This document shows, piece after piece, positions 22,282 through 36,100 of a DNA stretch of 64,000 bases (positions are counted from its first letter, which is position 1; every line of letters starts with the position of its first letter). Below the pieces are notes generated by a model. That model saw nothing but the letters and a program-made list of their open reading frames with translations. It searched no databases and was not told where the DNA came from. The stretch is from Moniliella sp. 'wahieum'. Lineage: Eukaryota. The stretch lies in NCBI GenBank assembly GCA_003971905.1, contig RSEE01000049.1, positions 1-64,000 of the forward strand. Reading direction: 5' to 3'. The position numbers were made by a program, and so were the translations under genes.

Positions 22282-23984
22282 ATGGACGCCCAACTCGAGA
22301 AGAAGATTGATGGGACGATGGTCGACCCGATCCAGGACGTCGACCTGATGGCCGACCCAAAGACCATGGCGATGAACGGGGACAGCGTGGTGCCCAACTT
22401 GGCGTTGACCTCGCTTCCCTCTATGAGCACCGAAGAACGACAAGCACTTGAAAAGCAGCTCAAGCGCAAGATTGACCGGCGCCTGCTCGGTCCTCTGATT
22501 GTGCTCTACATTCTCAACTACCTGGACCGCAACAATCTCCCAGGCTGCTGATTACGGTTTCAAGCGCGACCTCCACCTCGTCGGCAACCAATACTCCACC
22601 ATCTTGGCCATCCTCTTTGTTGGCTACATTCTCTTTCAGGTGCGTATCTCTATTCCACTGTTGCGGGGTTTCGGAAACTAACTCTGCCTTAATTCCAGAT
22701 TCCCTCCAACCTGCTTATGAACAAAGTTGGCCGTCCCAGGCTCTACATCCCTGTGGCTGTGGGCGTTTGGGGGTGTGGTTAGTGGGCTAACGGCAGTGTG
22801 CAATTCGTATGGCAGTGTTCTTGCTGTTCGTGTGTTTTGGGCGTGACCGAGGCCGCTTTCTTCCCAGGAGCACTGCTGCTGCTTTCGTCATGGTACACCA
22901 AGAAGGAACTGGCCACGCGCACTGCGCTTCTCTACTCGGGATCCATCATCTCCAATGCGTTCAGCAGCCTGCTCGCCACGGCCATCCTCACCATGGACGG
23001 CGTCCGGGGCATTGCTGGCTTCCGCTGGCTTTCATCATCGAAGCTAGTGTCACGGTCCTTGTGGCGCTGGCTTGCCCTTTCATCTTGCCCGACTACCCGG
23101 AGAACACCAAGTTCCTCACTCCGGAAGAGCGAATGATTGCGGGGTGCAGCGTCTTGCTGAGGATGCCGGCGAAGTGGACCGTGGCTCTGGGGGAACAGCA
23201 AAGGAAGGACTGTGGCTGACGTTTAAGGACCCGTTGGTCTGGCTCATGGCGCTCGCTTTGACAGCCGCCACACTGGCCATGTCATTCAATGCGTTTATGC
23301 CGACGGTGGTGAGGGAGATGCTAGGGTACTCGCGGACGTACACGTTGCTGATCACTGCTACGCCGTGGGTGTTTGCTTGGATCGTGGTCTTGTTCAATGC
23401 TCTACACGCCGACAAGACGGGGGAGCGGACGCTGCACATCATCATCCCTCTTCTTTTGCATTGTGGGGTTCATCATGGCCGCCGCGACCAAGCAAAAGGC
23501 AGTCAACTTTACTGGTACATTCCTCATGTGCCAAGGCTACGCCGGGTTTGTCGTCATCCTCTCCTGGATGGGCACTACCTTTGCCCGTCCTACTCACAAG
23601 CGTGTGGTGGCCACTGCGGGGATCAACGCGTTCAGTCAGCTGGGCAACGTGGCGAGCATGTACTACTGGGGCAATGGCAAGCCGATCTGGGAATCTTCGG
23701 TCATCTGCCTTGCCTGTGCTGCGGCGGCGATCGTGTTAAAGGGATTGAACCGATGCACTCTCACCGAGGTGAAGGCTCCTGGACCTAATTCAAGTCCACG
23801 CCCACGCCCACGCCCACGCCCACGCCCACGCCCACGTCCACGTCCACTCCGACGCGCTGGAGAAACGCCGACCTTGACCTTGGTTTGGGACTGTTCTGTG
23901 CCTCGGACCGATGGATGGATCGGATTTCCCCTGGGTGCATTGGACAAACACAGGGGCTATCGCGACACGGTGGCGGGGCGCTGA
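22282..23984 (+). CDS. MFS transporter, anion:cation symporter (Dal5/Tna1) family
   Basis: LKRKIDRRLL, LNYLDRNN, EAAFFPG..LLSSWYTKKELATR and LPDYPENTKFLTPEER; intron GT..CTAAC..AG at 22640-22698. The 3' end is uncertain. Confidence 0.88.
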
Positions 23985-24708
23985 CTCGGCCGGTGCACGT
24001 AGGTTGAACGTTGAACGTTGAACGTTGGTGGCAGCCAATGAGTTCTGAGTCTGTTGCCTTTCTGTTGCTACGGGCACGATCTGGGGGCGCCTCCGCTCGC
24101 TGGTTCACAGCTGCATCACATGTCACATGTGATGCCATGTCACAAGATCACGGCATCCCCATCGAGGCATCTGCGTCGTTGCCTCCCACAAGGGCGATTA
24201 ATCGGCAGTGCATCCAAAAGGCGGGTGTTTGCGGTGCGGCGGCCTCAGGGTACAGTGAGAGGGTTTGATGGTGGTCGTTGCTGAGTGAGCGGCGATGAGC
24301 TCACTAGCAGAGCAGAGGGAGCGATGAGGAGTGGTTGCTGAGCCACTGAAAACGAGTACTGCAGCCTGAAGGGGGGACGCGGGAAGATTGGCCAAAGTGG
24401 GCGGTTAATAAGAAAAGCCGAGTTGTCGGCCGGCCGGCATGGGGCGAGTGGGCCGCCATCTAACGTCATTTGCCTGAGCCGGGCGTAATTCGATTTGGGT
24501 AGGGTTGCCGGGGGAGGCGGATTTGAAACGGGCGCGGGTGGCCTGCCGCGGACATATAGTGCTCAGACGGAGTACCCCAGTCCCCAGTACTCAGTTACTC
24601 AGTACAGGTGAGCGGGGTGGGTATCCACTCCGTCGGGATCATTGCTCCGTCGATGGCGCTAGCTTGGGCTTCCCGCTCTTTCCCACCATCTGCTTTGATT
24701 CGTCCACC

Positions 24709-26282
24709 ATGAGCATTTCCTGTGACACCCTTCTCACCCCCCTGCTCCGTCCCTCGGCACCTGCCTCCGCCCCTGCGATCATCACCTGGAGCGCAGCGCT
24801 TGGAGTACAGCTATGCGCGTCTGGCGCAGGAAGTGGGCCGTGTGCAAGCCCAGCTGGCCTCGTTCAAGTTGCCGCCCGGCAAGGCGGTCAGTGCGTCGCT
24901 GATCAACGGCATTGAGTTCACCGCCACCTTCCTCGCCACTGGTGCTCAGCAGCTCATTTCGGCTCCCCTCAACCCAGCCTACAAGCAGAGCGAGGTGGAG
25001 TTTTACCTCAATGACACCCAGGCCGGCTTGATGGTGCTGCACCATGGGGCGGTGCAAGCCCAGGCGCCCGCCGCGCTCGCCGCTCAAAAACTCAACATCC
25101 CTGTGGTGGAAATTGTGGTGGAGCCTAGCTCGGGCGAGGTCAAGCTGATCCACCCTGGTGGGGCCTGTACCCCTGGCCGAAGCGGGAGTGCTGCAGGCCC
25201 AGCCGCAAGACGTGGCGCTTGTCCTGCACACGTCGGGCACGACGGGCCGGCCCAAAGCAGTGCCTCTCACGCACGCCAACATTGCCCGTACCATGGTCAA
25301 CATTGTCAACACCTACCACCTCACGCCCAAGGACCGAACGTTGCTGGTCATGCCTCTGTTCCATGTGCACGGATTGGTGTGTGGGTTGCTGGCCACGCTG
25401 CTCTCTGGTGGATCGGCGGTGATCCCACCCAAGTTTTCTGCATCGAACTTTTGGAAGACGTTTGAGGCAGAGGGGTGCACGTGGTACACGGCCGTGCCTA
25501 CGATCCACCAAATGTTGTTGGCGACAAGACGCCCAAGCCATCGGCGTCGCCTGTGCCGGGACTTCGGTTCATCCGTTCCTGCTCCTCGAGCTTGTCCCCG
25601 CCGACGTTTGAAGCGATCGAGACGGCGTTTGGCGCGCCGGTGCTGGAGGCGTATGCGATGACGGAGGCGGCGCACCAGATGACCTCCAACCCCTTGCCGC
25701 CGAAAAAGCGCTTCCCCGGCTCGGTGGGGGTGGGCCAAGGTGTGGAGGTGCGCATCCTCGATGACAAGGGCGATGAGGTGCCGCACGACACGGTGGGTGA
25801 GGTGTGCATTCGCGGGCCGAATGTGACCAAGGGATACCTGAACAACGACAAGGCCAACGCCGAGAGCTTTGTGCACCAGGGCCGCAACAAGGGCTTCTTC
25901 CGCACCGGAGACCAAGGGCGGCAAGACAAGGATGGCTATGTGCGCCTGGTGGGGCGGATCAAGGAGCTGATCAACCGCGGCGGGGAGAAGATCAGCCGCT
26001 GGAGATTGACGCCGCGTTGCTGGTGGTGTGCCCGGGGTGGGGGAGGCCGTGTCGTTCGGGGCGCCGGACAAGATGTATGGGGAGAAGGTGAATGCGGCGG
26101 TGGTGCTCAAGGCGGGGGCGGAGCTGTCGCAGTCGGCGATCCAGGAGGCGTTGAAGGACAAGTTGGCGCCGTACAAGATCCCCGAGACGATCTTCATCTC
26201 GGACCAGATCCCCAAGACGGCGACGGGCAAGGTGCAGCGCATCAAGGTGGCGGCCGCGTTCCTGCGCCCGAGCAAGCTGTAA
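24709..26282 (+). CDS. PCS60: Peroxisomal acyl-CoA synthetase / oxalate-CoA ligase (Pcs60/AAE3-like)
   Basis: LVLHTSGTTGRPKAVPLTH, MPLFHVHGL, WYTAVPTIHQ, RFIRSCSSSL, EAYAMTEAAHQMTSNPLP, FRTGDQG, RIKELINRGGEKIS, PKTATGKVQR; C-terminal SKL (PTS1). Confidence 0.9.
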
Positions 26283-27347
26283 GGCAACTACGCTGGGGTG
26301 GGGTGGGCGTGGGGCGTTAAGCGGGGAGCGTGCACCGTTGCTGTACGAAGCGGGTAGGATGGGTACTCGGTATCACTTTTTCTCTCTGCTGTATTTCTGC
26401 TCATACTCTGCTCGATCTTTGCTAGATCTCTCTCTTTCCCTTATCTCGATATCGATATCAATCTCAATCTCAATCTCACTATCAATGTCAACATCAGAGC
26501 AACATGCGTGGCGAGAAAAGGAGATGGATGGGTGCTGTTCGCTGGCAAACGGGACTGGAGTTTGTCGAAAGGAGAGGTGGCCCGAGCGACGCGTGCGGCA
26601 AGGCGCCAGCAGCCACAGCCACTGGCGAGGCACAGGAGTGGGTCGTGCATGCTATGTACCATCGAATCCTGTGCCCTGTGCACGCGTGGTTGTAGACTGG
26701 TGATGGGCGTGGGAGGGTGGGGTGAGGGAGGCACTAGAGCAGCCTGGGCCCGCAGCAGAGCAGCGTGCGAGGCAGTTCGGAGTTGGGAGGCAGGCAAGCC
26801 ATGGGGGGCAGCAGCAGCAGGGAGTGCTTCGATACATACAGCAGTTCGCGGCTCTCGCGGCGCCCCAGCCATAGCAGCGCGCCTGTGTGCCCAGGTGGCG
26901 CGGGGCAGCGGCGAGCTCTGCGGCAGCCGAGCCAGCGCGTGAGGGCAGGTGGCCGCGAGCAGGGCGCTGTCTGAGCGCCCAGGCTCAGCACCCGAGAGAC
27001 CAGCCGACAGAGCGCACAGGAGCCGAGCAGCGCCTCCCCCACCAGCGTCTCCATCCCTGCGCCCATCCCATCCCACACGCCCTGCCGTCGGCCACCCGAA
27101 CATGCAAAATGCGCCCCACCGCTGGGCGCTGCAGCCGGGCGCGCACGCACGAAAAACGTAGCACTGGTAGGCACACACGGGGGCGTACGCACATATGTAT
27201 CTCGGCTCGATATGTATTTTTTTCTTTGCCTCGCTCTGTCCGCTCCACGCCCCCCTCGATGGGCACGAGCCACCCCCCTCCCCCCTCCGCTGCGCCTGCA
27301 GAAGGACCCCGCCACCATCTGCCCCTCCTCCGGCCCATTCTTTGCCC

Positions 27348-30300
27348 ATGCAGGCCCACGACTTTTATCTGCCCTACCACCCCGCCAACGACCACAGCGA
27401 TGATAGCAGCGACGGCAGCAGCCACAACACCAACCCATACCCCTCCTCTGCCCACGCGTCGCCCACGGCCGCCGTCTGAGCAGTGCCGGTGCCGCCTACG
27501 TCTCCCCGCCACTCCCGACAGCTTCGCCTCCCCTCTCATCCGCCACTCCGGTGCCCCTTCCGCCGTGGACCCCGACGAGACCCCCCATCCCGACCACGAC
27601 GACGACTGGTTCGACCTCCGCCCGACGCCCCTCTCTGCCATCACGCCGATGCATCTGTGCTTGCCAGCCCTCCCCTCCCCATTGGGATAGGGACAGCTGC
27701 TACTGTCACCTCACCGGTGGGCGCCCATCAGCATCCGCTCTCTGAGCCCACACCGGATGCCCCCGTACAAGGCTCCCATGCCTCTGTCGTTCCTTCTTCC
27801 GTAGGCACCAGCACACTTGTTGACTCGCTTCTCAGTGGCAAGAATACCTTGTCCTCGTCCCAGCTGAGCGCGCTGGTGCAGGTGCCTGAATTGGCCGCGT
27901 TGGAATCCCCGTCGAGTTCAGACGAGGCGCATGGCCGCTTCCTCAACGCACTGCCCAGCACTGCCGATATGTACAACTCTCTCGGTTTCGAGGAGCGAGC
28001 ACTGGGCAATAAGAGACACTGGTCCAATGCTTCCACCCCTTCCTTTCTCTCCGCCTATACTGCAACGGCGACAACCAAAGGGGATGATGTCATCTCCCTC
28101 GTGGGACCCGTGGGCGAGGAAGACGCCTCTTCGCGACTGCAACAGCAAGAAGAACCCGAGGAGGAAACGAATCACTTGGGGAGAAAAGGGAGGGTCAATC
28201 CCTACGTCCGGGCCAGTGTGCCATCGGAGGATGATCCCGATATGCCCATCCATACCCTCCGCGTGTGGCTCTTGGGCCCTGTGTTTGCCATGGGCTTTTC
28301 AGCACTCTACGTGGCATTTACCTCGTGGGACTGGAACGTCAATGTGATCCAATCTGCAGTGCTGGTGCAGATCTTTTGTTGGCCGCTAGGCTTTCTTATG
28401 TCCAAAGTACCGTACCCTGTTTCTTGGCCGCTCGCCTGGTTCATCAACCCGGGACCATTCAACGTCAAGGAGCACACTTTATTTGCATCATGGCCACCTT
28501 TGGCACAGGCCCCGAGTGGCCACTGGACGTGCTCATGGTGCACAAAGTTACGTCGCATACTGTACCCACCCAAACCGGGTACAAGATCCTACTCATGTTA
28601 TCCAGTTCCTTGATGGGCCTATCTTACGCCGGCCTTTTTTACCGCACCCTTGTCATGCCTGGCCGCATGCTCTGGCCTACTGTGCTCTCTACCTCGGCCT
28701 TGCTTACCACGCTGCACGGCGTGCGCGCAAGCAACTGGTCCCGTCAAAAAGTGTTCTATGGTACCTTGATCGCTGCCTTTGCCTGGTCCTGGATCCCGGG
28801 GTTTGTTTTCCAGGCCTTGCAAACCGCGTCGTACGTCTCGAGCCAAAAAGCCATATATTTTGTTGGACATGGGAACTGACAAGCAGGTATTGGCGGGATG
28901 GTTTTTTGGTTCTCGGGGAGACTAGATGGATTACTTGGTGTGCACCCAATTCCTACCCCGTCAATCTCATTTTTGGGGGTCAAGGCGGTATGGGCTTTTG
29001 GCCTTCATTCTCACTGGATTGGGTTACCATTTCTCAGGCCTTACCTTCGCCCCTCATTACCCCTTTTTCGCCCAGCTCAACATTTTGGCAGGCTACCTTC
29101 TGTTTGGTGTGTTACTTCCTGCTCTCATTGCATTCTCCAGCAAAGGTGCAACACGATATATGCCATGGCTCAACAATTACCCGCTCGACCGCTTTGCGCA
29201 GCGGTACCAGATCAGTCACCTGCTTGGCCGCGCTTCTCCTTCCCATCCGGGCCTGCATCTGGATGAGAAAGCGTACGAAACCTACTCCAAGCCCTACTGG
29301 TCCGCGACGAATTTGATCAGCAAGGGGTGCGACCTCGCTCTTGTTCCGGCGCTTTTGATTCACTTTCTTCTCTTTGGTCTGTTGCCGACGATGCGCGACT
29401 ACCAGCGCCCCGTGCACGAAGAGGAAGATGTGCACGCTCAACTCATCCAACGGTACCAGCCCATTCCTGCGTGGTGGTGGCTGGCTCTCTTCCTTGTCTC
29501 GTTTGCTATGGCCATCGGGGCCTGTCGGGCTACGAGACCGACTTGCCCATTTGGGCCTTGCTGTTGTCCACTTTTCTCGGCTTTATCTTTGTGCTTCCGG
29601 TTGGCATCATCACTGCGCTCACTGCCATCTCGCCCGTTCCGGAATCCTTTTCAATTCTGGTGGCTGGGTACGTGGTGCCTGGGAAAGCGATGGCTTGGAT
29701 GCTGTTCCGGCTGTACCCCATGGTAAGCGTAGGCCAAGGAATCCAGATGCTGTCCCAGCTCAAGTTGGGGTTGTACTTTAAGCTACCGCCTCGGACGACG
29801 TTTCTTGCTATTGTCGTCACCCAATCCGTCTCGTGTGGCATCCAGATCGTCTTGGCTGACACGATTGCGTCGAGCCCGAGTGGGGCCAATGAACTGCTGT
29901 ACGATGCGGTGGTAGTGGGCATGCTGGGGTCGCAACGTACCTTTGGCTCGGCCGGGCGGTACCGCTTGCTGAACCTCTTCTTTCTCGTGGGTGCACTGGC
30001 GCCGGTACCGTTCTGGGTGTGTTATCGGTACAACCCGTTGCCGCCGCTGGAACGGGTTGGGTTTCGCTGGAGCCATGTGAGTTGGCCGATCATCTTGACT
30101 GCCACACCGACGACGTATGGGTGGTACCCTCTTTCGTTGACGTGCTGGGCTGTGGTGGGGGCAGCTGGCACCTCACGCTGTCGCCGATCCGGATGAAGAA
30201 CTACTATGTCGCACTGAACTATGTCTTGTCGTCGGCCTTGACGTCGGGCTCGGCGGCAACGTACTTTTTGATTTACATGCTGCCGATTTTCCAGGGCAAA

Positions 30301-30645
30301 TATGGCACCAGCTTTGCCGGTCCTCTTGGTGGGGCAACTCAATCCAATGGTCCACACTCGAAACTCAGAACACGGTCAACCCAGATGACGTGCCCTACCT
30401 GTTTTGGAAGAACGCCACGGCGCTTGTGCCGCCCAGCCAGGCCGGTGCATTTGCCCCGGCACCCAATGGTCAATGGCTCGATCCCCCCTAATGCATACTG
30501 CATACCAGCAGCACGTTGTGGGCCCCCTTGGTCCAACGGCCAGCATCTCCTCGGCCGCGCTTCCCTCTCTGCACTGCCGTTGCCGAATTCCAACCGGGTT
30601 CTTGGTCATGGTTCATTGGCCATGGCGGACATTTGGTGTGTGTGA
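27348..30645 (+). CDS. OPT-family oligopeptide transporter
   Basis: NPYVRASVPSEDDP..TLRVWLLG (SPY/DDP-type motif), NPGPFNVKEH, EEDVHAQLIQRYQPIPAWW, LKLGLYFKLPPR and NYVLSSAL; intron ~28830-28925. Start and end are approximate. Confidence 0.88.
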
Positions 30646-33199
30646 TCACCGTGTGCATGTTCGGTACTGGTAGTCTCATCTGTCGCACGGCCCCTTCGCT
30701 CCATTCGACACCCATCGACGGGGTCGGCAGCCATATGATTCTGTACTCTGTACTCTGTACCTCTCCCTCGACCTTTATGCTGCCGCATTACGCGTTACGT
30801 GGCACGGGAGAACCCACTCCCGTTCTCTGTCACCATGTCACATGGCACTAGCCACTTACGACCGTTGCCTTTCTGAGCATTGTATTTCTATGCCAATGGT
30901 TTTTCCCATGCCCTCTTTCTCTTTCATGCCTGATAGGGGCGTAGAACGCGCCGCCAGCCTGCTCCAGACCGAGCCGGGAGATCCGAGGGCGGGCATAGAG
31001 GTATCTGTACGTCGTGATAGTCCTACTATCCAGAGCCCATGCACCAGCACGCTATAGATGCTATAGGGAAGTATTATGGGGAGGAGAGTGTTGAGTGTCG
31101 GACCACATCATCTGGATTTGAGACTCAACAGTTTGGTTCGGCACTGGTTTGGTTTGTCCTGCTTTGTGGGCTAACCGACTTGGTGGTCTGAGTTACATGA
31201 AGGTTCTTTTGCTCGAGTTATCTTTATCTTTCTTTCCCTACTTTGCGTATAAGTAGGACGACCCCTCGCGGGTATACAATGCTATTATTCACCACACCCA
31301 CTCCCTTTGGCTTGCCTGATAGACTCCGCTACTCTACAGAGAGGGAGAGACCAACCCACCAACCAACCAACCAACCAACTAACTAACTAACCAACCAACC
31401 ACAGGGCACAACGGATATCCTTCAAGCAACCAAAGCAACCAACCCCAACTCGCGGGAGAGACTTCAAGCTTCAAGCTTCAAGTCTCATGTCTCAGTGCGT
31501 GCAAGCATCATCGAAAAGAAAGGTATTATTTCCCACGGGCAGGCCAAAGTCAAACGAAATGAAAATCCCCATCGGCTGCGATCGCAGTCTGCAAGTCCAA
31601 AACGTCGCAGGCGAGCGAGTGAGCGGGGCAGGCGGGTAGGGGGTAGGCGTAGGCGTAGGCGTAGGCGTAGAGGTAGAGGGAGGGGTAGAGGTAGGTATTT
31701 CCAGATAGTGCAACTTATCTCGGGGGGCACCGAGAAGGCAACAAAAAACGGGAGAACAAGCCAAAAAAAGGAAAGGAAAAGAAAGGAAAGGAAAGTGAGT
31801 GTTGAATCTTCAACGGGCAGAGGGGGTCGGAAAGCCCAACCTGCGACGCGTGGCAGCCCGCGGACCGCGGGGAAGGACATCTGGCCGGGAGAGAGAGAAA
31901 CGGGAGGGGGCCATCAAGGGCACAAGGGTCGGATCAACTCCATGGGAAGAAAAGGAGTTGAGAGGTAAGCAAAGAAGAGATCAGAAGCAGGGAGCAGCGC
32001 CAAGGCAAAAGGCAAAAGCCAAAGGGAAGATTGAAGATCCGATAGGTTGCTTGGTACGCCTCACCGGTTCACCCGAAAAGGCAGAAGAAAGCGCGGGTGA
32101 GGGAAGTATTGGGGCCTGAGCCGGCAAGTAACATGTACCTACGCGGGGATCCAGGCCGAGGGTCGAGACGGCAGACCCGGTACCCTTGCTCTACACCTCC
32201 GTCGACCGACGCGGGGGAGGGGACTCGTCCGACCCCTCCTCACGACCTTGCTGCGGTGGCGTTATCGGCACGTCGTCCTCGCGCCCTACTTGCACGCGGC
32301 GGTCCGAACACGAGATGTGCGCTGCCCAGCGGCATCTTCACCCGCGTCTTCCTCCCGCGCCTCCTGGGCCGACGGCCGGCGGCGTGCTTCCTTCGTAGGG
32401 GAAGGATCGTCCTCGCGCCCACCCATCTCATCCACCTGCTCGCCCTCCCATCCATCAGGTAAGCGCGACGTGCGAGACACACGCGTCGAACGGACGCACG
32501 GGACGCACGGGACGTACGGGGCGCACGACGGTCCGGGTCCGGGTCGGTTACGAGGCGCAGACGCAGCTGCGGCGCTACGTGATCCGTGTGGCCAGGGCCG
32601 GGCAACGTCAGCGCGGGGTGTAGCGTCGTTCTGGCTCTGCGTGCGCGCCAGGTGACGAGGGTGGCGCGGGACGCGGGTCGCGGTCGCGCCGGCCTGGGGC
32701 GTAAGGGTCACGGGAAGAAGCGCCGTACCGGCCAGCCCGGTCGTCCGGGTACACGGTCCGTGGGATCCGTTCCGGCCGACCTCGTGGGTCAGACAGAGGG
32801 GGTACGCGGTACCGCGACGGCGTGGGTAGTTTGTTTGAGAGGGCGCGCCAGTGCGTGGGGGTGGGTCGTTCCGCCCGCCGACGAAGAGGGAGCCGTATTA
32901 GGCTCATGTTTGTCGAGGCGGTGGGTCAAGGGCGACGCAGCCAGGGAAAAGCTTCGTGCCAACGAGGTGGTCCAACCGGTCCATTTTCTGCCTACTGATT
33001 TGGCGCGTGTGTCGGGCCGCTGTCCGACCCGGGTTCGTCGGCCGAGCCACGAGATCGGCGTGGCCGGCTGCGCTCGCCTGGATCCAACATCCCACGTGGG
33101 TGAGGCGCAAGCCCAACGCCCCGTTCGCCCCGTTCGCCTCGTTCGCCCCGTTCGCCCCGTTCGCCCTGTTCCCGCGCGGGGCACGGCGCGAAGACAGGG

Positions 33200-36100
33200 T
33201 GTGCCGCACGGGATTTGAACGGGGATCGGAGGCGCGGCGGAGCAGGCGAGGTGGGCGGCCCGGATCGGAGCGTGGACGATGTGGACGCTGCGAGCGGGTG
33301 GGAGCAGAGGGGTTAGGTCTGGGGTTGGGTTTGGGTTTGGGCACTTCGCGATCACGATGGGGGCAGACCAGTCGGGGAGGGCGGTGGCGAGGTGGTGTCG
33401 GAAGGCCGGGAGGAGGCGACGGGTATGCAGTAGTTGCGGCGGAGCAAAGTCAGTGCGCAAAGGAACGTAGCGCAATTGCTTGACATGTTCTTCGGCCATC
33501 AACTGTTGGCCCGTCGGGTCCAGTTCGTCGTACCAAAGCCAGGGTACACTTGGGCCTCGGTCCCGCGCGCCTCGGTCGGACACAGTCCGTCGTCGGCGCG
33601 TACGGAATGCAGTCGCATCAGACGGTACATGAGCCTGTCCACATCGCTTGCTGCTTCATGGAACGCAGGGTCGGGGGGCAGGTTCTCCACTCCCAGAGCG
33701 ACGGATACCTCATCGGGTGAGTAGGCACGCTTCTTGCCCTTGTCCAGGGGATTGTTGCGCGCTTCCTGCTCTGTCATTTCGCCTGGCTCGGGGGCAAGGG
33801 CAAAGAGAAGTTCCCGTCTGGCTTCCAGCTCCTGGCGGACGTTTTGCCACATGGTCCAAGACGCCAAGCCATCCACCTCGCGCAAGATGCGTTTGCGATC
33901 CTCGGGCTTGATCCGCTCGTCGGCCAATAAGGTTTCGACATTGACCTCGATGTTGGGCCGGGCGCGATCGGCAGGGTGCATCGGGTCGGAGGTAGACAGG
34001 GCGAGGTAATCTGTGCCGATCTGGGCCCACTCCAAGAGAGGTTCAGCGACTGGGGCGAGGTCATGCAGAAACTCGAGCAAGTGGTCCTCGTGTCGACTCA
34101 ACAGCGACACCCATTCGCCCGGCCCGCACTCGTCGGGATGCGCAATAGAACGTTGTCGTACCAAGAGCAAATCATCAATGAACTCCTTCAGGTCGCCCAC
34201 TGCGCGGGACAGGTCGACTTTGGCCGAGGTGGCGGCACGAAGACCGTCGTAAAAGACGTACTCGAGCAAGTCCTTGACCATCGTCGGAAGCAACGGTCCC
34301 ATCACCACGTCCAACAGTTCTCTCCGGTCGCGCGCACGACGAGCCTCGCGCAGCAAGAGTTTGAGCTGGGCAAAGTCGTACGCCATATCCTCCTCCTCCT
34401 CGGTGAGCGTCCATTTTGCCTCGTCTGTCTTGTCCGTCGTCGCAGGCGGGCGCGCATGCTCGAATACTTCTTCGGCATCTTGGACGGTTGTCTGGTCATA
34501 CCGACTTGCCTCGGGCGGGTAGGCGCCATCCACATGACCTCGCCACGGACTGAGGGAAAATGCGCGCTGCATGTCCAACACCAAATCGGCACCAACTGGT
34601 TTGAGCAATTTTCTCGCTGCTGCCTCGTTCGGTCCATAACCCAGCGGAGGCGACTCGAGCAGAATCACAGTCACCACATCGTCGCCCGACTCGAGCGTTT
34701 TGCGTTCAATGGCCGCCCGATCCACACGATCAGAGAAGGTGACATAGTCCATGATACGATTGGCTAGTGCGCCCTGTCCTGCCTCCCCAGCGAGACGCGC
34801 AGGGGCCGCACCAGCGTGGCCTTGATCTGGTCCAACTCGCGCGACAAGAAGAAACCTAGAATACGTGTAGCAGACTTTGCGTCTTGTCGCCGTCCTTTGT
34901 CGCTTCTGACGCCGAAGCCGGCCGGCCCAACAGCAAGCTCAGCAAGCTCTGGACCATGACATGGGGCGGATGGACATTGGAGCGAAGGAGCTGTTTGAGC
35001 CCCAGTAGGGAAACAGGGCATGGACCGACTTGAGCTTCTTCACCAGCTGGTCCGCTTCGGGCGAGAGGAGAAAGAGGTCGTACAGAGCCGTGGCCAAGGA
35101 ATGGCGGAAGTGTGCCCAGGCGCGTTGCAGACGCGGAGGCAAGTCCTGCACTTTGCTAGTGGCAAGAACACATCCCACATCGATTCCAGTCCATCTTCTT
35201 GCTCAATCACTTTTTCCTTCAATGCCGCTGCGTCCTTGGCCTTGTCGTGCACGCTCGCCGGCCAGACGCCATTGACGGTCCACGGCCGCCTCCAACGTAG
35301 CGTCGCCAGATGAGTTGGACTTGGTGCCAGGGGCAAACAGGGCATCCATATCCTCCAGTAATGCGGGGGAGAGCGCAACGGGTTTGTCAAGACCACGCTT
35401 TACCGTCCCCTTGCCCCATTGCTTACCCACACCCCATTCCTCTGTCCCCTTCAATCCGGGGCCCGGACCACGCAGTTCGTCTTCCCACGGATGCCAATCC
35501 CACGGGCAAAAAACTTGCCCAGGCCATCGACCATGGCGAGGGCCCAAACCCGACGCTGAGTCAGCTCGCTGCGTTCCAGTGAGGTACTCAAATTGCGTGC
35601 CGCCAGCTCGTCGAGCAGAACCTGGACTCTGTGTTGCCAGAACTTGCTCGGGGCCGTGTCGAGGCCCGGAAAGGTGCGCAGATGGGTATGAAACAGGTGA
35701 CGGAGGATGACTGGCTGGGTCACTCGTTCCGTTCGACGGACACCGCATCGCCATCCCAGCTCCCGGGGGCAAGACTATCGTTGGCATACGGGTCGTCTGC
35801 CGGGGGGACCCGACGGAGGTCTTTGGTATATTCGTTAATCAGGTCTTTGCCCACCTTGCCCACGGGCGGTCGCAGCGAACTAAAAGGAGGGCCATACACG
35901 GTAAGTGTGCCCAGCTTCTCCAACTGGCTTGTTTCATGTGCCAATTGAAGCGCCACGAGCGCACGCACCAGGTAATGCCGTTGCTGCGGGGTCAATTGGG
36001 AATCGTGCGACCGATCATCGCCCACAGTTCGATCGTCCAACTTGTCGATGGGCGCAGCAGATGAGAGCTGCTCATCGGTAGCTAGCTTTTCTCCGCTTGC

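Noticed and set aside
23796..23845. Simple repeats ((CCACGC)n here; (CAAC)n ~31351; (GGCGTA)n ~31646; ATCC/ACTC ~48362; (ACCAAC)n ~52133)
   Set aside because: Ordinary microsatellites; the dipeptide-repeat ORFs they create are not evidence of genes.
31480..32907. Possible low-complexity protein gene on the minus strand
   Set aside because: Arg/Pro-rich fragments with splice-like signals, but no domain or consistent frame that I can support.
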